A DNA stretch of 55,721 nt from an uncultured Alphaproteobacteria bacterium. Its GTDB lineage: Bacteria; Pseudomonadota; Alphaproteobacteria; RF32; CAG-239. Positions within the stretch are counted from its first letter, which is position 1. Every line of letters starts with the position of its first letter. Below, piece after piece: positions 44,293 to 53,223 of the stretch. Location of the stretch: the NCBI GenBank assembly GCA_949297665.1, contig CASFTO010000023.1, positions 1-55,721 of the forward strand. Direction: 5' to 3'. The notes beneath the pieces are model-generated. The model had not been told where the DNA came from. It ran no database searches and saw nothing but the letters and a program-made list of their open reading frames with translations. The translations under genes were made by a program, and so were the position numbers.

Positions 44293-47200
44293 TTAAAGAA
44301 CTCTGCCAATCGGTGTACCGGAATGATCATAAGCAATTCCACCGGTAACGTTACCTATATTAGTACCGCTGTTTCCAAAGATAGCTCCGGATGCATCAGC
44401 TCTTCCGATAATATTACCATTATCATCGGCAACATAAAGAGTATCCATAGTCCAATCAATATTAGAATTCAATTTATTAGTTCTTTTGATTCTTCCGCGC
44501 CGAAGAATATTATCACGCACATAGTCTTTAGTATTTTGTCCGTTAATATTTTGAACTCCGGCCAAGTCATCCAGTCCAAAGAATAAATCTCCTTTATAAC
44601 CATCTCTTCCGGCAAACGCAGGATCCATATCTTGAGCAACTGCTCCGTTTCTCTCAAGGATTTGATTCCCGTCAATTTTATCGGCAAAGTGATCATGTCC
44701 CTTTTGCGCGTAATCCGAGAATTTATAAACAGTTTGTTCCCCGATGGTACTGGCTTGTCCTTTACGCAAATTACCTTGAGTTTTATAGCCTGTAGTCGTA
44801 ATATTGACAAGACCGTTATCAAAAACGCTTTCGTACATGGCATTATATTTAGCCTCAGTAACGGTTGATGATGAACCGTGCGATACTGTTTTATTACCGT
44901 CAACATCTTTACGAATCTTTTCGTTAATATCAATAGAAGTCTTTTTCATTAAAGGCACGCCATCGGCATTTTTGAGAACATTTCCGTTTTTATCCTGATA
45001 TTCAACAATTGTTGAATTTTTATAAAATTTAGTAACCTTAACGGTATTAGGCCCCATGGCTTCAACTTGGGTATAATATGTATCTCCGGTAGATGCATCA
45101 ATATGGCTGGCATAAACTTTATTTCCGACTCTCGCTGTTGCTCCGCCGGTAGAGTTATTGACGGCCGAGGGAGAAGTGTTCAAAGCCTGTTGAATATCTA
45201 TCATTTTCTGTATATGTTTCATATATTTTCGAGTGGTGTCTTTTTCTATTTCAACTCCGTTTCGGTTATATATTTTTGTAATTTTCGGACCGAAGAACAA
45301 GTATTTACGACTTTCGCGTTCATAAAATCTCTGTCCTGAACCGTCAAGTTTTGTTGAGTAAGTAAAAAGACCACCGGGAAATCTAAAAACATGTCCGACC
45401 CCGGGAACATTTGCCCCAAGTGTCTGAATAATAGCACTGGTAGCTGCGATATTTATAGCTCTTCCTGCGCGTTTTCTAACTCGTCCTAATTTTTCAATAC
45501 GATTTTTATCCCGTTCACGATAGAATTGCACGGCAACCTGTCCGGTAGTCGGATCAATTTTCATACCAAAGCTGGTTGTTTTTCCGGTATTGTCTTTTTG
45601 TTCGATATGTAAATTATAAGGATCATTTGGATCAAATTGCACATGACGATCGTAATAATAAGCCCCGATATCCTTGCCGGTTTTTTTCTTAATAACTTCG
45701 ACAGCGAGTTGAGCCATCAGTGCTTTACGATATTCTGGATCTTGTCCCAAAGGTGAATTCAAAAGCGTCTGCACGGCACCGACATTAATTTTTCCGGTAG
45801 CATCATCAATTAAGTGATTTTTTATGAAGCCGTGTTTAAATTTGACCTCGCTTTTCACTTCACGACCTGATACATTTGCATATTCTTTTTTAATAGTAGA
45901 ATATTTATCAGAAATCATAACATGTCGACGCCCTGTAATTGATCTAAATTCTCTGCGTAAAACATGAGAACCGTCAGCATTGCGTTGTGTCTGAAATTTA
46001 ATACCTGCAAAGCTAAGAGTTTTGACACCTGCACCATTATCCGTTCCAAACGCTCTGACACCGGCCATAACCCCTTGTCTGATACCTGCTCGAACACGGC
46101 GGTCTACGACTCTCCCGGCAGATTTTGCAGCATTACCTGCAGCACCAACCCCCCAATCTGCTGCTTTTCTCGTTTTTTCATCAATAGTATTTCTGAGGGC
46201 AGAACCGATTTTTCCGGCAGCATTCAATCCGGAGCCTTCAGAAAAGCGACCGGCAATATCAGAGATAGCCGGCATATAAGCCCAACCGATAACAAGGATG
46301 AAAATAAGTCTCATCATATTCTGCCCATAGAAAGCCAATCCTTGATTAGGTTCAGTAAAGAATTTTTCGGGATCTGCAGCAGACGGATCAAATTTAGCTT
46401 CCAAAAATTCACTAATATACCCGAGGATACACATAACCAAAATAGCCATAAACATAAATACAAACAGAGAATTTAATAGCCAAGAAAACACCTTAGACAG
46501 ATAACTTCTTGTTCCGCTAAACGCATATCCACAAACAGCAAAGGGTAGTATAGCCATAGCCACACCAAATTGCAAAACGGCATCACCCATAATCCAAGGA
46601 TAAGTAACCATAAAGAAAATACCGGCAATATATAAGACAATTCCATCTATAATCAGTATAGGATGAGGAATAAGGTGAAAAATACGTTTTGGTCCATATC
46701 CCAAGCAGAGAGCCCAATCACCAAATTCAAATAGAGTATTAATTTTACGTTCGATATCCTCAACAGCGCAAACAATAGATGTTCCGATAGCCATAGGCAG
46801 ACCGCCATTTCCTCCGCTACTGGCAGCACCGGAATATCCGATAATACCACCGGCATTAGCGCATGTCGTGTTTCCGCTTTTAACAAAAGCAAATCCTGTT
46901 TCAAAAATAGGAGAAAGCGTCATATTAAGGATATTGTAATAATCACGAGAAATAATGATATAAATAGCCACACAAACAAACGTTTTTTTAAAAATATCGT
47001 TTAACAAGGCACTAGGATCTTTAGAGCCCATAGAGGCAATATTGCGCAAAATAATTAAAGCCAAAGACACACTCAAAAATACCATAACCAATTTACCCAA
47101 GTCAGAAGAAAAGACCTGATAGGATTTTGCGGCGAGCAGACTACTGGCATTAAATATGATTTTAAACAAAGGACAAAAGAGACAATTAGTAGAGTTCATA

Positions 47201-47388
47201 TTAGGCGGCGTACAATTATCCTCAGTATTTATACCTAAGATTTGAGCAGCAGTCCAACCGGCACCTTGAAGTGCGGTGTCTCTAAGATCAGCCCACCAAC
47301 CGGCCTGAGCAGGAATAGTACCCAAGCAAAGAACTAAAAAGATAAAGAGAGGCAATCTCCGATATATATATTTTAATATTTTACTCAT
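44293..47388 (-). CDS. VirB6/TrbL-like polytopic membrane protein, unit 5, with a ~650 aa hydrophilic C-terminal extension
   Basis: Signal peptide, NCLFCPLF motif and a TM core sharing G.WA.C and D...Q/R...A..ILPF...Y..K.F.W.LN with its neighbours. The VirB6 assignment is by pattern only. Confidence 0.6.
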   Translation of the reverse strand: MSKILKYIYRRLPLFIFLVLCLGTIPAQAGWWADLRDTALQGAGWTAAQILGINTEDNCTPPNMNSTNCLFCPLFKIIFNASSLLAAKSYQVFSSDLGKLVMVFLSVSLALIILRNIASMGSKDPSALLNDIFKKTFVCVAIYIIISRDYYNILNMTLSPIFETGFAFVKSGNTTCANAGGIIGYSGAASSGGNGGLPMAIGTSIVCAVEDIERKINTLFEFGDWALCLGYGPKRIFHLIPHPILIIDGIVLYIAGIFFMVTYPWIMGDAVLQFGVAMAILPFAVCGYAFSGTRSYLSKVFSWLLNSLFVFMFMAILVMCILGYISEFLEAKFDPSAADPEKFFTEPNQGLAFYGQNMMRLIFILVIGWAYMPAISDIAGRFSEGSGLNAAGKIGSALRNTIDEKTRKAADWGVGAAGNAAKSAGRVVDRRVRAGIRQGVMAGVRAFGTDNGAGVKTLSFAGIKFQTQRNADGSHVLRREFRSITGRRHVMISDKYSTIKKEYANVSGREVKSEVKFKHGFIKNHLIDDATGKINVGAVQTLLNSPLGQDPEYRKALMAQLAVEVIKKKTGKDIGAYYYDRHVQFDPNDPYNLHIEQKDNTGKTTSFGMKIDPTTGQVAVQFYRERDKNRIEKLGRVRKRAGRAINIAATSAIIQTLGANVPGVGHVFRFPGGLFTYSTKLDGSGQRFYERESRKYLFFGPKITKIYNRNGVEIEKDTTRKYMKHIQKMIDIQQALNTSPSAVNNSTGGATARVGNKVYASHIDASTGDTYYTQVEAMGPNTVKVTKFYKNSTIVEYQDKNGNVLKNADGVPLMKKTSIDINEKIRKDVDGNKTVSHGSSSTVTEAKYNAMYESVFDNGLVNITTTGYKTQGNLRKGQASTIGEQTVYKFSDYAQKGHDHFADKIDGNQILERNGAVAQDMDPAFAGRDGYKGDLFFGLDDLAGVQNINGQNTKDYVRDNILRRGRIKRTNKLNSNIDWTMDTLYVADDNGNIIGRADASGAIFGNSGTNIGNVTGGIAYDHSGTPIGRVL

Positions 47389-47400
47389 CACAACCACTCC

Positions 47401-48351
47401 TTATTTTCTTGTTTTGGCAACTTGTTTTCCATATCGAGCCAAAACATCGCCTAAAAAACCACCTTTTTTCTCGCCCATACGTTCCATTTTTTTGCCAATT
47501 TGGTGTTTGGTAGCATCTTTTCCAAATTTCGCGACTTTACCGAGAGTTTTCTGATTAACCAGAGCAATAACTTGTGTTAATTTCGCATCCATAGGGCTTC
47601 CGAGCAAAGCTCCGTCAAAAAAGTGATTACAAAATTCTTTAGCCATAAGCGGAATAATATGCATAGCCACAAGATAAGAAACCAGAACTTTAAGGAAAGT
47701 TAATGTGAATACCCCCAAATTATCACGAATAATATCTGATTTGTCCTCATCAAAAACTTGTTGGATTGTCCCCGCCTCACCAAAAGCATTTTCAATAATA
47801 GTAACGACAATTTCCGTTCCGATTAAAATTCCCAAAGGCAAAAAGATAAATAAACCTGTATAATAAGTAATATTTTCCACAACAATTTTTAATTTACCTT
47901 TAGTCCAAGCAAAAGGCCACAAAGCCAAGACAAGCGGTAAAAGCACAATAGCAAAAGAAAGATTAAACGCCACATCAAACATATAGAAAGATGCAATAAT
48001 GGAAATAAAGAAACCTAAGACATACAAGATACATCCGCTGACAAAAATATCCAAAGCGACAAACTGAAAAGAATAATTAAAACCTTCCACGCCGATTTTA
48101 ACGGTAGCTGCTTCACCATGTAAAGAATTGCAGATGAGTAAATTTCCGATTTTCATCATTTCTTTAGAAGCGTTATTAATTATTTTGGTCATATTGGTGA
48201 CACCATCAACCATTTTTTCCATGGCCGTAATATTTTGACCATCCAAAGACAAATCCGGCGGTCCCATATTACCAAGCTGAGCAGATGCATCAGGAACAAC
48301 GGTACAGAGGAGAAATAAAGCAAGAATCAGATAAAGAAAACGTCTAAACAT
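47401..48351 (-). CDS. VirB6/TrbL-like unit 4, C-terminal half with its own signal peptide
   Basis: MFRRFLYLILALFLLCTVVPDASA, then KIGNLLICNS...FYMFDVAFNLSFAIVLLPL...WT, matching the C-halves of units 1, 2, 3 and 5. Confidence 0.6.
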   Translation of the reverse strand: MFRRFLYLILALFLLCTVVPDASAQLGNMGPPDLSLDGQNITAMEKMVDGVTNMTKIINNASKEMMKIGNLLICNSLHGEAATVKIGVEGFNYSFQFVALDIFVSGCILYVLGFFISIIASFYMFDVAFNLSFAIVLLPLVLALWPFAWTKGKLKIVVENITYYTGLFIFLPLGILIGTEIVVTIIENAFGEAGTIQQVFDEDKSDIIRDNLGVFTLTFLKVLVSYLVAMHIIPLMAKEFCNHFFDGALLGSPMDAKLTQVIALVNQKTLGKVAKFGKDATKHQIGKKMERMGEKKGGFLGDVLARYGKQVAKTRK

Positions 48352-48352
48352 A

Positions 48353-48895
48353 TTACCACCCTCCCAATCCTGTTGCATTAGCAAAAGCGCCGCCTATATC
48401 AAAACCGATACTCAAAAGAGGATTAACAATATAATGAACAATAGCATCGATTCCCGAATTAATTAAAGCATACATCAAAGCCACTTTGAAACAAAATAGA
48501 AGTAGTCCGTCAATAACTTTAGCAGGATCTTGCGTTGTAAAAGAGCCGAGTGTTTTTAAGAAATAAACAGCAATCCAGATACAAGCGCCGCCTCCTAAGA
48601 TTATTTTCGAAAGAGAAAGAGTTGCATCAAAAAGAGTGCCGGCGACATCAGACATAGACATCATTAGCGTAAAAACAACATCACACGACCAACAACCTGC
48701 ATCGGCGTATTTTTTATCGATGACGGAGGATTTGCAGTAACAAAGATATTTTTCGGAATCTGATTTTTTACTACAATCTTCTGTTGCCGAAACAGCAAAA
48801 TCAGCATATAACAAAACAGCAAGACAACAAGTCGTCATAACAAGTAATTTATGGCGCTGCACAAAACAAATAAATTTATTAATCAAGTTAATCAT
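48353..48895 (-). CDS. VirB6/TrbL-like unit 4, N-terminal half
   Basis: GCWSCDVV and IWIAVYFLKTLGSFTTQD...FKVA...IVNPLLSIGFDIG, matching the N-halves of units 1, 2 and 5. Confidence 0.6.
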   Translation of the reverse strand: MINLINKFICFVQRHKLLVMTTCCLAVLLYADFAVSATEDCSKKSDSEKYLCYCKSSVIDKKYADAGCWSCDVVFTLMMSMSDVAGTLFDATLSLSKIILGGGACIWIAVYFLKTLGSFTTQDPAKVIDGLLLFCFKVALMYALINSGIDAIVHYIVNPLLSIGFDIGGAFANATGLGGW

Positions 48896-50201
48896 CGTTA
48901 TACCCCGCCATTGAATCAATTTTAGAATTAATTTTGCTTCTAACCGTCCTAATACTATCTAATAGTTCTCTGGAACCTTGATATTTTTCCATAGTAGTCG
49001 TAATAGCCTTTGTCGCACCGGCAGTAACAGCGCCCAAAGCCGCAGCACCGGCACGTTTTGCTGTATTAATAGCAAATTGGGAAACTTGTTTTTGAAAATC
49101 CAAACCACGTCCTCCGCCGATAAATTTATCAGCCATAGTGCAAGCCAAACCAGGGATATTAATAATAAGAACTGCGATTAACCATAGAGAAAGCAAAATA
49201 GGACCCTGACCGGCTAAACTTGTTTCGGTAAAGAAGTTTTGGGTCGCAAATGTTTTTAGGATATATTCCAAAGAAGTGACGGATATAGAAATTAAAATTC
49301 CCAAGAAAAGAATAATACCGGAAGAATTCAGGAACATTTCAAATCCAAATTTACTCCATTTACGTGTATAATTAAAAGGGACACCTAAAATAAGTAGAGG
49401 GAAAAGAAAAGCCGCAAAATTAAGCCTAAATAAAGAATCAACAAGGAAAAAGACAAAAGCGAATTTTGCAAAAGTATAAAGAACCATCATAGAAAGTCCG
49501 ACAAATATGGCCCCCAAATCTAAAGAAGAAACAAGAACAACCCCAACTCTAATACCGCCGTTTAATCTATCGCTAATCATACATGTCATACAATAGGTCA
49601 TAGGTTTAATAGAATTAGTGAGATCTGTTGCGACAAGATTAGAAGTAGTACAATGATTATAATTACCAGTGAAAACGATCGTTCCCATTTCACTTCCCAA
49701 ATCAATAGAAGTACTCGGATTAATCTGTCCCAATACATTAGCACCTAACTCTATAATAGTATTATAAAGCGGGACAACAAAGGTACTCAGCGTCCAAGTA
49801 ATTAAATCAACACTGGAAGCAGCCCAGCCGCAAAAAGCGCAGATGAATAATTTTTGAATAATTTCGGTCCAAATCTCGCCTAAATTTTCCTCCTTAAAAG
49901 AAGGTAGGATTTTGAGTAATCTGAAAGCCATCCAGATTGCGAAACCAAGCATAACCACAACCCAGCCGTCGACGGCAACTTTTTGAGCAGCCTCTTTAAA
50001 CATATCATTTACCGGAGTGAGTACGATTTCAATAATTTTAGTTTGCCAGCATTCAGCCTGCCCCGTATAATTTCCCTCCATACCGGAGGCTTTATCTTGA
50101 CTTTCATCACAAGCGCATAAGAAAAGAGGAAGCATAAAGCTAAACATTATGCGAAAAGCCTTTGAGGTAAAACATATATATATCCAGTTCCACATCATCA
50201 C
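48888..50201 (-). CDS. VirB6/TrbL-like polytopic membrane protein, unit 3 (lipobox)
   Basis: LCAC lipobox, AECWQT and FFLVDSLFRLNFAAFLFPL...YTRKWSKFGFEMFLN. Confidence 0.6.
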   Translation of the reverse strand: MMMWNWIYICFTSKAFRIMFSFMLPLFLCACDESQDKASGMEGNYTGQAECWQTKIIEIVLTPVNDMFKEAAQKVAVDGWVVVMLGFAIWMAFRLLKILPSFKEENLGEIWTEIIQKLFICAFCGWAASSVDLITWTLSTFVVPLYNTIIELGANVLGQINPSTSIDLGSEMGTIVFTGNYNHCTTSNLVATDLTNSIKPMTYCMTCMISDRLNGGIRVGVVLVSSLDLGAIFVGLSMMVLYTFAKFAFVFFLVDSLFRLNFAAFLFPLLILGVPFNYTRKWSKFGFEMFLNSSGIILFLGILISISVTSLEYILKTFATQNFFTETSLAGQGPILLSLWLIAVLIINIPGLACTMADKFIGGGRGLDFQKQVSQFAINTAKRAGAAALGAVTAGATKAITTTMEKYQGSRELLDSIRTVRSKINSKIDSMAGYNDD

Positions 50202-50208
50202 TCACATC

Positions 50209-51630
50209 CTAACGCCAAAGTTTATCTCTCCAAAATCTCTTATGCCAAAAAGCACGATAACCTTCTCTGCCGCTACCAGTTAAGATACCCCGTGTAATTT
50301 GAGCTTTATTTCCGGTCCATTTATAGAGTTTATCAAGTCTTGTAACTCTAGCCCCGACATGACCGGCATATTTAACACCGGCACCAGTCCAACCTCCAAC
50401 CGCTTTCCCGGCTTTTTTAGCTCCTTTAACAAGCGGTTGTGAAACAGCAGCGCCGACTTGACTTCCAACACTTGTCAAATTATCGGTACCGGATATTTTA
50501 TGTACCAAGTTATTGATTTGTGAAGCCATTTGAACAATAACACAGAAGCAAACAATTGTAAGCAACAAATCACCATGATTCCATAAATCTTCAGCCATTT
50601 CTTTAATTTGATTTTCATCCATACGCATATTCAAGTCAGTCATAAAAGCACTAAGAGCCCCGCCGCCGCCTTCCAATGCAGCTTGTTCACTACTTCCTTC
50701 AACACCAATACCTAAGTTAACTAATTGAATAGTCAGTCCCAACATAATTCCGAGCATAACAAAACTAAAGAAAGCATTTAAGAATATTTCCCAAATCTTT
50801 TTAGTATAAGGCGACGTGATTGCAGAAATAGCTGCAGCAACACCAAAAGGTAAGAGAACTGCGCCAAAAGCTAAACGAATAAGGATATCGACAATATAAA
50901 AAGAAATACCGACAACCAGAATCCATCCGAATACGAATAGGAGAAAACCATAAAACAGCATTAGCCATTCCCATTTGAAAATATTATCAGGAAGAGTAGC
51001 ATTGCAAATCATAGCTTCGCCAATGGCGACGGTTTTATAAACTTCATCGTTAAATTGTCGAACGGAAATATTTATCATTTCAAATAAAGCATCATATCCG
51101 GTACCGGAAGCAGTAGCCATAGTAGCATCAGTAACCGACAATTTAGAACCGATATTAAGTCCGGCTTGCAAAAGAGGAGAAATAATGCTATTGACAAACC
51201 ACTTATCAGTTAAAAGGAGAGTTATAACCGCCGTTTTAAACATAAGCAAAAGGACGCCGCGTTTATCACCGGTTAAGAAATCAGCAGCATTTTGTTTAGT
51301 GAAAGAGCCAACATTTTTAAGAACATAAATAGCAATATATATAGCCGCCGCAAGACCCACAACAGGAATTAAATCGGCAGCAAATAAGTCCCAAGATTTA
51401 TTGGCAGCTTTGGCAGAAGATTTGGTAATAACAGAAAACATACGGCAAAGTAAACAATTACCATCTCCTCCTGCTCCATCACTTTTTCCTTCATTTAAAT
51501 AATATTGAACAGTAGGGCAAACATCTTCATCATTACATCCGGTAAGAAACAATACTAAGACCAAAGGAGTAATATACTTAAGTCCTTTTAAGAGCTGTTC
51601 TAGAAGATTATGTCTATTAAAAATACTCAT
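50209..51630 (-). CDS. VirB6/TrbL-like polytopic membrane protein, unit 2 (lipobox)
   Basis: FLTGC lipobox, CPT...NCLLCRMF and FYIVDILIRLAFGAVLLPF...YTKKIWEIFLN. Confidence 0.6.
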   Translation of the reverse strand: MSIFNRHNLLEQLLKGLKYITPLVLVLFLTGCNDEDVCPTVQYYLNEGKSDGAGGDGNCLLCRMFSVITKSSAKAANKSWDLFAADLIPVVGLAAAIYIAIYVLKNVGSFTKQNAADFLTGDKRGVLLLMFKTAVITLLLTDKWFVNSIISPLLQAGLNIGSKLSVTDATMATASGTGYDALFEMINISVRQFNDEVYKTVAIGEAMICNATLPDNIFKWEWLMLFYGFLLFVFGWILVVGISFYIVDILIRLAFGAVLLPFGVAAAISAITSPYTKKIWEIFLNAFFSFVMLGIMLGLTIQLVNLGIGVEGSSEQAALEGGGGALSAFMTDLNMRMDENQIKEMAEDLWNHGDLLLTIVCFCVIVQMASQINNLVHKISGTDNLTSVGSQVGAAVSQPLVKGAKKAGKAVGGWTGAGVKYAGHVGARVTRLDKLYKWTGNKAQITRGILTGSGREGYRAFWHKRFWRDKLWR

Positions 51631-51644
51631 AGTTCAAGCCCTCA

Positions 51645-52949
51645 TTATAATCCCACCCATCTTTTGACGCGTGATTTAATATTCCGTCCATTTGTACGCA
51701 ACCAAGTACCGGCTTTACCTTCGGAAATTCGTCTTCCCGTTTCGAGTCGAGCGGTATTAGCAAATCCAAGAGCCCCTTTAGTAACTTTACTTGCGGGCCA
51801 TTTAACGACTTGCGCTGTAATAGCACCAGCCTTCTGCCCGAGTTTACCCACGGAAGATGAAGAAGAAACCGTATCCGTAATGCTTTCGATTTCCATAAAT
51901 AATTTAAACGAAACCATGCAACAAATAGTAGTCAGGAGGAAAGAACTGATTTCTATTTTTTCAGCAATATCTTTAGCATCAGAGTCGGTAATCGGGGTAG
52001 ATTTAGAAAGCAAAGCCCTTAAATCACCACTACCACTCATAGCTTCCATAATCATATCTTTGATAAACTCAAGAATCATGCCAAGCATAACAAAATTAAA
52101 GAAGACATTAACAAACAAGTTCCAAGTTTTTCTGGTATAAGTAGACGTCAATTTAGATACGCCGCAAGCAATAGCCATTGGGAGGAGCATACAACCGACA
52201 GCCAGTCTGAAGATAACATCTAACAAATAAAATCCTGAGCCGATTAAAAGGAACCAACCGAAAACATACAAAACAGCACCAAAAGGAATAAGATGAAAAT
52301 GCCAATCAAGAATTCCGTCCGGCAGAAAAGCAACACACAAAAGCAATCGTCCAAAAGCCACAATTTCATAAAGGCTATCATTAAATTCTCTGACATTATC
52401 AATAACCATATCAAACAAAGCAGATACATCACTGGCACTACCAAAGCCGCTCAGGGTTCCACCAGTAACATCTCGTCCGATAGCCATACCGGTTGCAATA
52501 ACGGGACATATAATATTATTATAAACAAAACTCTGATTTCCGAGAAGCCAGGTTACGGCGGCAACTTTAACACACAGAGGAATAATACCTGTTTTATCAT
52601 TAGAAAGATAAGCAGCAGGATCTTGTTGAGAGAAGTTACCAATATTTTTAAGAGTATAAACAGCAATATAGATAGAAGCGGCCACAGCAACAACACCTTG
52701 TAAAGGAACAGCAAAAGTATTCCAAGAAAAGTTTGCTATATCGGCGCAAGCCTCAGTAACAATTTTATATATACCGCACAAAAGGCAATGATCATCTGCC
52801 CCCGTAGCGCCATTACTGGTTCCCTCTTGAATATAATCATTAAGCGTCGGACACATACGTTCGCTTTTTGCAAATCCATAAGAGAAGGAAAGCAAGTAAA
52901 AAAAGAGTGTTGAAAAGAAAAGTCTAAGAGATGTCGGTATTTTGATCAT
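51645..52949 (-). CDS. VirB6/TrbL-like polytopic membrane protein, unit 1
   Basis: Signal peptide from MIKIP (GAGGTG RBS), CPT...HCLLCGIY and FYLLDVIFRLAVGCMLLPM...YTRKTWNLFVN. Confidence 0.6.
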   Translation of the reverse strand: MIKIPTSLRLFFSTLFFYLLSFSYGFAKSERMCPTLNDYIQEGTSNGATGADDHCLLCGIYKIVTEACADIANFSWNTFAVPLQGVVAVAASIYIAVYTLKNIGNFSQQDPAAYLSNDKTGIIPLCVKVAAVTWLLGNQSFVYNNIICPVIATGMAIGRDVTGGTLSGFGSASDVSALFDMVIDNVREFNDSLYEIVAFGRLLLCVAFLPDGILDWHFHLIPFGAVLYVFGWFLLIGSGFYLLDVIFRLAVGCMLLPMAIACGVSKLTSTYTRKTWNLFVNVFFNFVMLGMILEFIKDMIMEAMSGSGDLRALLSKSTPITDSDAKDIAEKIEISSFLLTTICCMVSFKLFMEIESITDTVSSSSSVGKLGQKAGAITAQVVKWPASKVTKGALGFANTARLETGRRISEGKAGTWLRTNGRNIKSRVKRWVGL

Positions 52950-53151
52950 GGTCGTCACCTCGTCTCTTAATTTTAATAAAAGGTTTTGAAAAAGGAGTCC
53001 CGATAAGTGCCACGGCAGCCAAAAGAGCAATAATCACACTGCCGAGAGCAATATAAAAAACATAATTTTGCGCAAGAAAATCCATCATACCACTGCTAAC
53101 AATGATATACAACCCAATAAATATCACAATTGTACTAATCACCGATTTCAT
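52924..53151 (-). CDS. Small two-TM membrane protein
   Basis: 75 aa, two hydrophobic stretches and a basic tail. Overlaps the start of unit 1 by 26 nt. Confidence 0.6.
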   Translation of the reverse strand: MKSVISTIVIFIGLYIIVSSGMMDFLAQNYVFYIALGSVIIALLAAVALIGTPFSKPFIKIKRRGDDHDQNTDIS

Positions 53152-53223
53152 GCGAACCTCGGAAAATTCCTTAACCTAGATTTATTATATCATAAAAAAA
53201 GCAAAAAAAATATTACAATATCG

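Noticed and set aside
47362-50183. Phase variation by (AT)5 runs near the starts of units 5 (47362-47371) and 3 (50174-50183)
   Set aside because: The runs are short, and similar (AT)4-5 tracts occur elsewhere in this AT-rich window, including non-start positions.
44293-52949. Complete conjugative or type IV secretion locus / integrated plasmid
   Set aside because: No VirB4, VirB8-11, VirD4, relaxase or integrase is recognisable in the window; only VirB6-like units are supported.
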